From Vicinamibacterales bacterium (lineage in GTDB: Bacteria; Acidobacteriota; Vicinamibacteria; Vicinamibacterales; SCN-69-37), in assembly GCA_046590915.1 (NCBI GenBank), contig JBKJTD010000202.1, positions 1 to 43,875 on the forward strand: a stretch of 43,875 nucleotides of DNA. Direction: 5' to 3'. The translations under genes and the position numbers were made by a program. Numbering within the stretch: the stretch's first letter is position 1; the number at the start of each line of letters is the position of its first letter. This document shows positions 1-8,157 of this stretch, piece by piece. The notes below the pieces were generated by a model that worked only from the letters and a program-made list of their open reading frames with translations, did no database searches and had not been told where the DNA came from.

Positions 1-1
1 C

Positions 2-544
2 ATCACACTCTTCAGCATCCTCCAATTCGGATTGGGTCTGTCGCCGTTCGTCTTCATCAGCCGGGTCAAGGCCGCGCTCATTACCGCTTTTTCCACAAGC
101 TCGAGCAGCGCCACGCTGCCGACTGGCCTGGACGTGGCCGAGAACCAGTTGGGCGTGCCGCGAAAAATTGCCGGCTTTGTGCTGCCAATTGGCTCCACGA
201 TGTGCATGAACGGCACGGCGATTTTTGAAGGCATCACCGTCATCTTCCTGGCGGAGATTTTTGGTATCGACCTGACGATCCCCCAGATGGCGATCGTCAT
301 GATCATGTCGGTCATCACCGCGATCGGCGCCGCCGGCGTCCCCGGCGGGTCCATCCCGCTCCTGGTCGGCATCCTGACGATGTTTGGCGTCCCCGGTGAA
401 GGTATCGCCATCGTCCTCGGTGTGGACCGGATTCTCGATATGTCCCGTACCACGGTCAATGTTTTCGGCGATTTGACGGCGGCCGTCTATGTCGCCAAGA
501 GCGAAGGCCAGTGGACGGCGGCGGACGTTCCCAATTTGAAATGA
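2..544 (+). CDS. Dicarboxylate/amino acid:cation symporter (DAACS/GltP-DctA family), C-terminal part; 5' end is outside the window
   Basis: The frame is open from the window edge. Family motifs are present: FSTSSSSATLP, GTAIFEGI, AAGVPGGS and LGVDRILDMSRTTVNVFGD. Stop TGA at 542-544. Confidence 0.85.
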   Translation: MTLFSILQFGLGLSPFVFISRVKAALITAFSTSSSSATLPTGLDVAENQLGVPRKIAGFVLPIGSTMCMNGTAIFEGITVIFLAEIFGIDLTIPQMAIVMIMSVITAIGAAGVPGGSIPLLVGILTMFGVPGEGIAIVLGVDRILDMSRTTVNVFGDLTAAVYVAKSEGQWTAADVPNLK

Positions 545-616
545 GCCAATGAGCCAATGGGGCAATGAGGCAATGCAATGGGGCAATGCACTTCATTGGC
601 CCATTGGCCCATTAAC
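543..616. repeat. Octamer array. Direct units are GAGCCAAT GAGCCAAT GGGGCAAT GAGGCAAT GCAAT GGGGCAAT; they are followed by inverted units CATTGGCC CATTGGCC CATTAAC
   Basis: Read directly. The array starts on the symporter stop codon and ends 13 nt before the protease ATG at 629. The direct and inverted units can pair (GAGCCAATGAGCCAATGG vs CCATTGGCCCATTGGCCC). Confidence 0.8.
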
Positions 617-628
617 AAAGGTCACCGG

Positions 629-3600
629 ATGCCCAAACGAACCCTCCTATTCGCAGCCACCCTCCTGATCGCATCATCGATCCCGTCCGCACAGTCCAGT
701 GACGAGCCGCTGTGGAACCGCTACCCGGCCATCTCGCCTGACGGATCGCAGATTGCGTTCACCTACAAGGGTGACCTGTACCTCGTCCCCTCATCGGGCG
801 GCACGGCGCGGCCGTTGACGATGCATGAGGCGCATGACTTTATGCCCGTGTGGAGTCCGGACGGGACGCAGATCGCGTTTGCGAGTGACCGCTACGGCAA
901 CTTTGATGTGTTCATCATGTCGGTGAAGGGTGGCGAGCCTCGGCGGCTCACGACGCACTCGGCGCCAGAGTCACCGTTCACCTTCGCGCCAGACGGACAA
1001 TCGATTGTCTTCGGGGCGGCGCGCCAGGACACGGCCGAACATCGCGGATTCCCCACCGGGTACATGCCGGAGCTGTACAGCGTACCCGTTGCGGGCGGAC
1101 GCGCCACGCAGGTGCTGACGACACCTGCAGAGGATGTGCAGTACAGCCGCGATGGCCGGCAGATGATTTACCACGACAAAAAAGGCCAGGAGAACGCCTG
1201 GCGGAAACACCAGGTGTCAGCCGTTGCACGTGACATCTGGGTGCAGGACACGCAAGCGGGCACACATCGAAAGATCACCACGTTCGAGGGCGAAGACCGG
1301 AACCCGATCTTCACCGACAGTGATCGGGCGTTTTACTACTTGTCTGAGGCGAGCGGGTCCTTCAACGTCCACAAGATGAACGTCGCCGGAGGTCAGTCGC
1401 AGCAGTTGACGCAGTTCAAGGCGCGTCCGGTGCGATTCCTCACGATGGCGCGCAACGGAATGTTGTCCTTCAGTTACGACGGCGCGTTGCACACGATGAC
1501 TCCTGGTCAGCAGCCGCGCAAAGTGCCCGTCACCATTGCCGCTGATGCCCGCGCCACCAACGAGCGCATCGTCACCGTCACTGGCGGCGCGAGTGATCTC
1601 GCGGTCGCTCCATCGGGCAAGGAAGTGGCCTTCATCGCGCGTGGCGACGTGTTTGTCACCAGTGTTGAGGGTGGCGTCACCAAACAGATCACCAGGACTC
1701 CTGAATCCGAGCGATCCCCCACGTTTTCTCCTGACGGCAAGACGCTGGTGTATTCGTCCGAGCGCGGAGGGCACTGGCAGATTTTTGAAGCGCGTCGCAC
1801 GCGTGACGAAGAGCTGCACTTCTACGCATCAACCTTGGTGCGCGAGACGCCGATGATCACTGACGCGGCTGAGAATTATCAGCCGCAGTTCTCGCCTGAC
1901 GGGAAACAGCTCGCCTACATTGAGAACCGGATGGCGCTGAAGGTCTATGACCTTTCGGCGAAAACGACGAAGGCGCTCTTGACCGATCAGCATTTGTTCT
2001 CGATGGGCGATCACGATCAGTACTTTCAGTGGAGTCCGGACAGCCAGTGGTTGCTGTTTGACTACGCGGTGCCGGGTATGGCGCCTGGCGAGGTCGGCCT
2101 CGTGCGCGCGGATGGCAGTGGGCGGGTCGTGAACCTGACGCAGAGCGGCTTCAACGACTCGCGGCCGCGCTGGATTCTCGACGGCAAGGCGATGCTCTGG
2201 TTCAGCAACCGCGACGGCCTCAAGAGCGTGGCGCAGTCAGGCGGCGCGCAGGCCGACGCCTACGGGATGTTCTTTTCGCAAGATGCCTGGGACAAATTCC
2301 GGCTGAGCAAAGAGGACTTCGCACTCATCAAGGAGGCGGAGGAAGCCAAGGCCAAAGTCGATGCGGCGGCCAAGAAGGATCCGGCCGCGCCCACACCTCC
2401 GCCGATACCGCTCACGCTGGAACTCGACGGCGTGACGGATCGGAAGGCTCGTCTCACCATTCACTCCTCGTCCCTGGGTGACGCGCTGGTAAGCAAAGAC
2501 GGCGAGTCCCTCTTTTACCTAGCGCGTTTTGAGCGCGGGCTGAACCTGTGGACCACCACCGTGCGCACGCGCGAGACCAAACAATTGGTGGCGCTCAACG
2601 CCAACAGCGGCAGCCTGCAGTGGGACAAGGACCAGAAAGTTTTGTATCTGCTTTCCGACGGTTCCCTTTCCAAGATTGACCCCGTCAGCGGCAAGCGGGA
2701 TCCGATCGGTATCAGCGGTGAGAAGGTGCAGGACCAGGCGGCGGAACGCAAAGCGCAGTTTGAATCGGTGTGGCGTCGCACCAAGCAGACCTTCTACACA
2801 AAATCGATGCACGGCATCGACTGGGATGAGGTCAAACCCGATTACCTGAAGTATCTGTCGCACATCGGCAACAGCTACGAGATGTCCGAGATGCTGGCGG
2901 AGATGCTGGGCGAACTCAACGTGTCGCACAGCGGGTCGTCCTATGCGCGGACCGGAACAGATCTCGACGCGACAGCGTCGCTCGGCGTGTTTTACGACCA
3001 GACCTACCACGGTGCCGGCTACAAGGTGGCGGAGGTCGTCAAGGGCGGCCCTCTCGACAAGGCAGGCATGAACGTGACGGCGGGGTCCATCATTCAAGCC
3101 ATCGATGGCGAACAGATTCCAGTTGACCGCGATCTGGCGCAGTTTCTGAATCGCAAGGCGTCGAAGCGGACGTTACTCACGATTGCGGACGCCGCAGGAG
3201 CGACGCGCGATCTTGTGGTCATGCCCATTCCACCTGCGGAAGAAGGGCGACTGCTCTACACGCGCTGGGTGAAGCGCAACGAGGCAGAAGTGGACCGCCT
3301 CAGCAACGGCACGCTCGGCTACGTGCACATTCCCGGCATGAACGACGGCGCGTATCGCACCACAGTTGAAGAAGTGTTCGGCAAGTTTGCGACACGCAAG
3401 GGACTGGTCGTCGATACGCGCAACAACGGCGGCGGCGACCTGGTCGCCGACCTCGACATGTTCCTTACCGGCAAGTACTTCTTCGACTACACGACCGACG
3501 GCCGCAGCACCGGGTTTGAGCCGAACTTCCGCTGGACCAAACCGAGCATCGCGTTGGTCAACGAGGCTAACTACAGCGACGGCCACTGCTTTGCCTGGAC

Positions 3601-3865
3601 CTATCAGGCGCAGAAGATCGGTCCGCTCGTCGGCATGCCTGTCCCCGGCACGTGTACGTTTGCCGGCTGGGCCACATTGCCCGACACCGGCATCCGCTGG
3701 GGCGTTCCACCACTGGGCGTCAAGGATCCGAAAGCGAAATTTCTCGAGAACTGGCAGACCGATCCGGACATCCGAGTACCGCCGACTTACGAGGCGATCA
3801 GCAAGGGCAAGGACGAGCAGCTGGAAGCGGCCGTGGCAGCGTTGATGAAGACGACGGGACGCTGA
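629..3865 (+). CDS. Secreted TolB-like beta-propeller / PDZ / S41 peptidase (tricorn-protease-like), copy 1
   Basis: Signal peptide MPKRTLLFAATLLIASSIPSAQS. Repeated SPDG..IAF propeller motifs. PDZ-like segment YKVAEVVKGGPLDKAGM. S41-like segment VVDTRNNGGGD...NYSDGH. I chose the ATG at 629 over the ORF-track start at 578, which lies inside the repeat array. Confidence 0.85.
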   Translation: MPKRTLLFAATLLIASSIPSAQSSDEPLWNRYPAISPDGSQIAFTYKGDLYLVPSSGGTARPLTMHEAHDFMPVWSPDGTQIAFASDRYGNFDVFIMSVKGGEPRRLTTHSAPESPFTFAPDGQSIVFGAARQDTAEHRGFPTGYMPELYSVPVAGGRATQVLTTPAEDVQYSRDGRQMIYHDKKGQENAWRKHQVSAVARDIWVQDTQAGTHRKITTFEGEDRNPIFTDSDRAFYYLSEASGSFNVHKMNVAGGQSQQLTQFKARPVRFLTMARNGMLSFSYDGALHTMTPGQQPRKVPVTIAADARATNERIVTVTGGASDLAVAPSGKEVAFIARGDVFVTSVEGGVTKQITRTPESERSPTFSPDGKTLVYSSERGGHWQIFEARRTRDEELHFYASTLVRETPMITDAAENYQPQFSPDGKQLAYIENRMALKVYDLSAKTTKALLTDQHLFSMGDHDQYFQWSPDSQWLLFDYAVPGMAPGEVGLVRADGSGRVVNLTQSGFNDSRPRWILDGKAMLWFSNRDGLKSVAQSGGAQADAYGMFFSQDAWDKFRLSKEDFALIKEAEEAKAKVDAAAKKDPAAPTPPPIPLTLELDGVTDRKARLTIHSSSLGDALVSKDGESLFYLARFERGLNLWTTTVRTRETKQLVALNANSGSLQWDKDQKVLYLLSDGSLSKIDPVSGKRDPIGISGEKVQDQAAERKAQFESVWRRTKQTFYTKSMHGIDWDEVKPDYLKYLSHIGNSYEMSEMLAEMLGELNVSHSGSSYARTGTDLDATASLGVFYDQTYHGAGYKVAEVVKGGPLDKAGMNVTAGSIIQAIDGEQIPVDRDLAQFLNRKASKRTLLTIADAAGATRDLVVMPIPPAEEGRLLYTRWVKRNEAEVDRLSNGTLGYVHIPGMNDGAYRTTVEEVFGKFATRKGLVVDTRNNGGGDLVADLDMFLTGKYFFDYTTDGRSTGFEPNFRWTKPSIALVNEANYSDGHCFAWTYQAQKIGPLVGMPVPGTCTFAGWATLPDTGIRWGVPPLGVKDPKAKFLENWQTDPDIRVPPTYEAISKGKDEQLEAAVAALMKTTGR

Positions 3866-3912
3866 TGTCAATGAGGCAGTGGGGCAATGCGCCAATGAGG
3901 CAATGGCCTCAC
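3866..3912. repeat. Second octamer array of the same family: TGTCAAT GAGGCAGT GGGGCAAT GCGCCAAT GAGGCAAT GGCCTCAC
   Basis: Read directly. It begins 1 nt after the protease stop (3863-3865). Its last full unit contains the ATG (3903) of the next gene. Confidence 0.75.
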
Positions 3913-4526
3913 TGACGCCGCGGTCCGTACATCGCGCTCTCGGCATCACGATGCTGCTTCCGCTCCTGGCGTGGGCGGTGACTGGGGCGATCTTTTTCAT
4001 CAAGCCGGGCTACGGCGGGGCCTATGAGAGTCTCGCCGTTCGCACCTATCCGCTGACTGCACCGATCTCGGTACCGCCGTCAGCCGACTGGCGGGAGGTC
4101 CGCGTCCTCAGAACCATGCTGGGTGATCACCTGATCGCACGGACGGAGTCCGGGTGGAAACAGCTCGATCCAGTGACGATGCAGGAACGCCCAGCGCCGT
4201 CCGACGCGCACGTCCGCGCGCTCGTGACGGACGCGTTCACGGCCAACCAGACTCGGTACGGGCAGATCGCCACCATCGAAGGCACGCGCATCACGACAGA
4301 CACCGGCGTGCGCGTCACACTCGACTGGAATCGGCTGTCGCTCTCGCAGTACGGCCGTGACACCGCTCGCATCGACGCGATCTACAAGGTGCACTATCTC
4401 CAATGGACCGGCGTCAAGTCGCTCGACAAAGTGCTCGGGGGCCTCGGACTCTTCCTGATCGTCGCGCTCAGCGCCTTCGGTGTGCGGCTGCTGTTCAGAC
4501 GATGCCCGCCCGCAGCGCAACTCTGA
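3903..4526 (+). CDS. Membrane protein with N- and C-terminal TM helices, PepSY-associated-TM-like
   Basis: N-terminal TM segment ITMLLPLLAWAVTGAIFFI. C-terminal segment YKVHYLQWTG...LGGLGLFLIVALSAFGV resembles PepSY_TM proteins. The start is taken at the ATG after the repeat-derived GTG extension. Confidence 0.55.
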   Translation: MASLTPRSVHRALGITMLLPLLAWAVTGAIFFIKPGYGGAYESLAVRTYPLTAPISVPPSADWREVRVLRTMLGDHLIARTESGWKQLDPVTMQERPAPSDAHVRALVTDAFTANQTRYGQIATIEGTRITTDTGVRVTLDWNRLSLSQYGRDTARIDAIYKVHYLQWTGVKSLDKVLGGLGLFLIVALSAFGVRLLFRRCPPAAQL

Positions 4527-4578
4527 GGCGGCGATTCGGATGTCGACAGCGCCGGGCTTGTGTGCCAACTGTGACCAA

Positions 4579-4597
4579 ATGGTAGGATCCGTACCAT
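4579..4597 (+). promoter_or_regulatory. Candidate vapBC promoter/operator: inverted repeat ATGGTA-N7-TACCAT overlapping a TAGGAT -10-like box (4583-4588) and the vapB ATG (4596)
   Basis: Read directly. Only 7 nt separate the -10-like hexamer from the ATG, which would give a leaderless or near-leaderless mRNA. TA operons are typically autoregulated at palindromes like this one. Confidence 0.3.
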
Positions 4598-4850
4598 GAC
4601 TGTAACCATGGATTCAGCCGGACGGTTGGTCATCCCGAGGAGCGTTCGAAATGAGGCCGGACTTGAGCCGGGCGTTCCTCTCGACATCCGGTGGCGTGAC
4701 GGCATCATCGAGATCGAGCCTACCCCGCTGACGGTGTCGGTTGAACCGCGCGGTCGCCTGTCCGTCGCGGTTCCCGTCACAGCGGTGGCCCCGTTGACTG
4801 CTGCAACCGTCGAACGTACGCGACGAGAGCTGCGGCGCGGACGTCGTTGA
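4596..4850 (+). CDS. vapB: AbrB/MazE-fold (SpoVT-AbrB) antitoxin, VapB-like
   Basis: N-terminal MDSAGRLVIPRSVRNEAGLEPGVPLDI matches the SpoVT/AbrB swapped-hairpin motif. 84 aa. The stop lies 1 nt before the toxin start. Confidence 0.8.
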   Translation: MTVTMDSAGRLVIPRSVRNEAGLEPGVPLDIRWRDGIIEIEPTPLTVSVEPRGRLSVAVPVTAVAPLTAATVERTRRELRRGRR

Positions 4851-4851
4851 C

Positions 4852-5292
4852 GTGGCGGCCTTCTCCGTCGACACCAGCTGCATGATCGCTGCCGTGTGTT
4901 CGTGGCACGCCCGGCACCGCGCGGCAGTCGCGGCGATCGAGTCGCGGTTCGACCGCGGCGACACGCTGGTGGTCGCGGCGCATGCGTTACTTGAAACCTA
5001 TGCCGTCCTGACGCGCCTGCCTTCGCCGTACCGCTTATCTGGTACCGACAGTTGGACCCTCATCAAGGCGAACTTTGTTGATCTTGGCACGGTTGCGGCA
5101 CCATCCGGTCAGCATTACATCGATCTCGTCGGCAGCCTGCCGGGGCGCGGGGTGGTGGGAGGGCGCAGTTATGACGCGCTCATCGCCACGAGTTTGTCAG
5201 GGTCTGGCGTCACTGAACTGCTGACGTTCAACACCAAACACTTCGAATCACTTCACGAGTTCGTCGCGGTGGAACCGGCTGCCGTGAGGTGA
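4852..5292 (+). CDS. vapC: PIN-domain toxin, VapC-like
   Basis: Acidic PIN residues sit in FSVDTS, LLETYAVL, SYDALIA and TFNTKHF. GTG start directly after the vapB stop. 146 aa. Confidence 0.8.
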   Translation: MAAFSVDTSCMIAAVCSWHARHRAAVAAIESRFDRGDTLVVAAHALLETYAVLTRLPSPYRLSGTDSWTLIKANFVDLGTVAAPSGQHYIDLVGSLPGRGVVGGRSYDALIATSLSGSGVTELLTFNTKHFESLHEFVAVEPAAVR

Positions 5293-5316
5293 CCTCGGCC
5301 GACTCGGCGTGGTTCC

Positions 5317-5535
5317 TCACCACCGCAACTTGTCCTTCCCTTTCGGAAAGATGCGGCGGGTCATCGACTCGCCAAGCCGGGCGGCCTTGTTCTCCTCCAG
5401 CGTGTGCAGATCGTCCAGACGACGGATGAAGAGGAGGTAGGTGATCTGCTCGATCACCTCGATGGGGTTGGAGATGCCGCCGGACCAGAACGCGTTCCAG
5501 ATCTGGTCAACTTGACTCTTGATCGTGCCGGTCAG
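5317..5535 (-). pseudogene. Remnant of the N-terminus of a type I R-M / N6-adenine DNA methyltransferase (HsdM_N-like); 72 codons, no ATG, premature stop
   Basis: My minus-strand translation is LTGTIKSQVDQIWNAFWSGGISNPIEVIEQITYLLFIRRLDDLHTLEENKAARLGESMTRRIFPKGKDKLRW*. The WNAFWSGGISNP..EVIEQITYLLFIRRLD block is the conserved N-terminus of this methylase family as I recall it. AGG sits where the ATG is expected, there is an in-frame TGA 3 codons upstream, and the rest of the enzyme is absent. Confidence 0.6.
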
Positions 5536-5627
5536 CCTGGGTCAGAGGATAGTACCGCAGCTCCTTGGTCGAGTCTCCGCTGCGCCACGGCTGTGTATCA
5601 CCCTTCATCCCTTTCGGGTGGATGCCA

Positions 5628-6896
5628 TTATTCGTAGCGCAGGGCGTCAACCGGATCGAGCAACGATGCCCGGCGGGCCGGCCAATACCCTGCGACCATG
5701 CCCACGACCACAGCGCTGACCACACCCGAGACCACCGCCCAGACGGGCGGCAGCGCCGGAAACGCCGGGGCCAGCGCCGCCGCGAGTGCGCCAATCGCCA
5801 GGGCGATCGAGACCCCGATGACGCCGCCTGCTCCGGCGAGTACGGCCGCCTCAAGGAGGAACTGCAGGCGCACCTCCTGTCGGCGCGCGCCGATGGCCAG
5901 CCGCAATCCGATCTCCCGGGTGCGCTCGGTCACGCTGATCACCATGACGTTGGCAATGCCGATCCCGCCGATGACCAGCGAGACGCCGGCGAGTGCGATG
6001 GTGGCCAAAAAGATCTGCGCGCCAATCTGATCGAAATTCGCGATGATCTGGTCGGCCGTCGACAGGGTGAAATCGTTCGGCGCATCGGCGGGCACGCCGC
6101 GCACCAGTCGCAACACGGTCTCTGTTTCCGCACGCGCGGCCTCACGCAGGCCCGGCCTGGCGCGCACGTAGAGCACCGTCTGCTCAGCGTCGGGAAATCG
6201 CCTGGTCGCTGTGCCCAACGGCAACGACACCACGCTGTCGTTGCGGTTTTCACCGAAAAAAGTCCCCTGTCTCGGTGCGAGCACACCCACCACGAAGTAG
6301 CGCTCACCACCAAGCAGGAATGCCTGCCCGAGCGCGTCGCTTGTGCCAAACAGCGACCGCGCAATGTTGGCGCCGAGCACGGCGACCGGCGCGGCCACAC
6401 GATTTTCTGTCTCCGTGAACGGGCGGCCCGAGGCAAAAGGAGTGTCGGCGACGTCAAACAGATTCGGCGACACCCCCTCGATGAGCACCGTATCGGACTC
6501 GTTGCCGCCCGCCCGTGCCGTGATCACACGCGTCGCGGTGGCCGCGGGGATCAGGAGTTGCACACCAACGTCGCGTACCGAAGGGGCCAGCCGCGTGATG
6601 GTCTCTGCCGTGGCCGCTGTCAGCGTCTTGCGGTTGGCATCGGCATCCGAGACGGACGAATACGGGTCGCCGTTGCGATGGAACGCAAAAATGTTCTCGG
6701 TGCCCAGTTCGCGAAACAGCTGCGCGACCGAATTACGCAGACCCACCAGCGTCGACGCCACCAGCACCACCGTCACGATACCGATCACAAGTCCCACCAT
6801 GGCGAGGACCGACCGTGCCGTGTGTACACGAATCGACTCCAGGGCGAGGATCGTCGCTTCTCGCGCCACATGCCGCCAGGAGGCTGCTGTGTTCAT
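5628..6896 (-). CDS. ABC-transporter permease, MacB/FtsX family (no ATPase domain)
   Basis: N-terminal TM segment SVLAMVGLVIGIVTVVLV, a large periplasmic domain, then the FtsX block ...REIGLRLAIGARRQEV... with a C-terminal GYWPARRASLLDPVDALRYE. The ATG at 6894-6896 overlaps the upstream stop (ATGA). Confidence 0.85.
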   Translation of the reverse strand: MNTAASWRHVAREATILALESIRVHTARSVLAMVGLVIGIVTVVLVASTLVGLRNSVAQLFRELGTENIFAFHRNGDPYSSVSDADANRKTLTAATAETITRLAPSVRDVGVQLLIPAATATRVITARAGGNESDTVLIEGVSPNLFDVADTPFASGRPFTETENRVAAPVAVLGANIARSLFGTSDALGQAFLLGGERYFVVGVLAPRQGTFFGENRNDSVVSLPLGTATRRFPDAEQTVLYVRARPGLREAARAETETVLRLVRGVPADAPNDFTLSTADQIIANFDQIGAQIFLATIALAGVSLVIGGIGIANVMVISVTERTREIGLRLAIGARRQEVRLQFLLEAAVLAGAGGVIGVSIALAIGALAAALAPAFPALPPVWAVVSGVVSAVVVGMVAGYWPARRASLLDPVDALRYE

Positions 6897-8116
6897 TCGG
6901 TCCTCAGGGCATCCACAACCGCCAGCCGCGTCGCCCGCCGCGCGGGATACCAGCCCGCCGCGAGACCACTTAGGGCCGACGCCACCACACTGGTAAGAAC
7001 CACACCAGGCGCGACCATGACCGGCAGATCGAGCGCGCCAGCAAGTGCCGCCACCACTGCGGCAGCCACGGCCAGTCCTGCAACACCCCCGATGATGGCC
7101 GTGAGCATCGACTCGGCCAACACCTCGCGGACGATCGCGCTGCGCCTCGCTCCGAGCGCCCGCCGCACACCAATCTCCCGCGTCCGCTGCGTGACCGACA
7201 CCAGCACCGTGTTGGTCACGACGACGATGGCGGCAAGGAGGGCCATCAAGGAGATGGGGCCTGCCGCCACACCGACGCGGCGCGTGAGGTTCGTCACAAA
7301 TCCGCGGGCGGCATCGGGCGTCAGAATATCGAAGGCATCGGGTTCGCCCGGTGCTTGTCCGCGACGCGCCCGCATGGAGACCCGCGCGTGATCTTCGGCC
7401 TCCTGGAACTCTCCTCCAGGCGTGGCTCGCGCAAACAGCGGCAACGTGCGCGGTGAGCCAAAGGCGCGCTGCCACGCGACAAACGGCACATATACGAACC
7501 GGTCGAGCGACGTGCCGTTGGAATTGCCGAGGCGGCTTTGTACGCCTATCACCACGAACCGCCGCCCGGCAATCCGGATCCCCTCACCCAGTGCCGTTCC
7601 GGTCGGAAAGAGCGTCTCGGCGATGTCCACGCCGATGACGGCCACCAGCGCCCCTGTGCGGTCGTCGTCGGACAACAGGAACCGTCCTTCGGCGATGGAG
7701 AGGTCACGCAAATCGGCGAGGGCCGAGGTGGTGCCTGAGACCGCCGCCATGTCGTAGGTGCGAGCGCCGGCAGTGACCTCGGCGACCGTCTGGACGTTGG
7801 GCGCATACATCACGCGATCGTCGGACACCTGTTCGAGGAAGCGCCAGTCCGCGCGTCGAATGGGCTGATTGCGGAGCAGTTGATCCTGCAACTCCTTCCG
7901 GGACACCCGGCCTGGTGAGGCCACCTGCGCAAGCAGGAATGTCTCGGCACCGAAGGCACGGCTGCTGGTGGCTTCCGCAGACGCGGCCACACCATCAAGC
8001 GCGGCGCTCACGATCACCTGGGTGGCCACAGCCACGGCGATGGCCAACGCCCCGAGCGCGGAGCGAAGACGGTTGGCGGCCAGCGTTGCCGCGGCCTGAC
8101 GGAAGGACTCCAGCAT
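6893..8116 (-). CDS. ABC-transporter permease, MacB/FtsX family (no ATPase domain)
   Basis: Same architecture as the neighbouring permease: ...TREIGVRRALGARRSAIV... and C-terminal GWYPARRATRLAVVDALRTE. Start taken at the MLESFRQAAATLAANRLRSAL methionine (8114-8116). Confidence 0.85.
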   Translation of the reverse strand: MLESFRQAAATLAANRLRSALGALAIAVAVATQVIVSAALDGVAASAEATSSRAFGAETFLLAQVASPGRVSRKELQDQLLRNQPIRRADWRFLEQVSDDRVMYAPNVQTVAEVTAGARTYDMAAVSGTTSALADLRDLSIAEGRFLLSDDDRTGALVAVIGVDIAETLFPTGTALGEGIRIAGRRFVVIGVQSRLGNSNGTSLDRFVYVPFVAWQRAFGSPRTLPLFARATPGGEFQEAEDHARVSMRARRGQAPGEPDAFDILTPDAARGFVTNLTRRVGVAAGPISLMALLAAIVVVTNTVLVSVTQRTREIGVRRALGARRSAIVREVLAESMLTAIIGGVAGLAVAAAVVAALAGALDLPVMVAPGVVLTSVVASALSGLAAGWYPARRATRLAVVDALRTE

Positions 8117-8157
8117 TGATACGACCGATCCCGGACCGTGCAAGTATAGAAGGTGTT

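Noticed and set aside
543-616. The octamer arrays as a CRISPR array or an integron attC site.
   Set aside because: The units are 8 nt with no spacers, and there are no cas genes. There are no RYYYAAC/GTTRRRY core sites and no integrase.
578-628. N-terminal extensions beginning MGQC... on both the protease ORF (578) and the downstream ORF (3879).
   Set aside because: Both come from ATG/GTG triplets inside the CAATG octamer arrays. Downstream in-frame ATGs (629 and 3903) give a proper signal peptide or TM start.
5565-7391. Very long ORFs antisense to, or out of frame with, the called genes. Examples: 5565..7391 + (608 aa), 34311..35561 + (416 aa), 21565..22668 + (367 aa), 32779..33789 + (336 aa), 40789..41721 - (310 aa), 3173..4003 - (276 aa), and the 5' 690 nt of 12631..14937.
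   Set aside because: Their products are extremely Arg/His/Gly/Pro-rich with no recognisable motifs, as expected for stop-poor non-coding frames in high-GC DNA. In every case the opposite or alternative frame encodes a protein with clear family motifs.
8145-8150. TATAGA hexamer 7 nt upstream of the adaptor GTG (8158) as a leaderless promoter.
   Set aside because: Leaderless initiation normally needs AUG. The adaptor start itself is uncertain, and GAAGGTG overlapping the hexamer fits an SD better.
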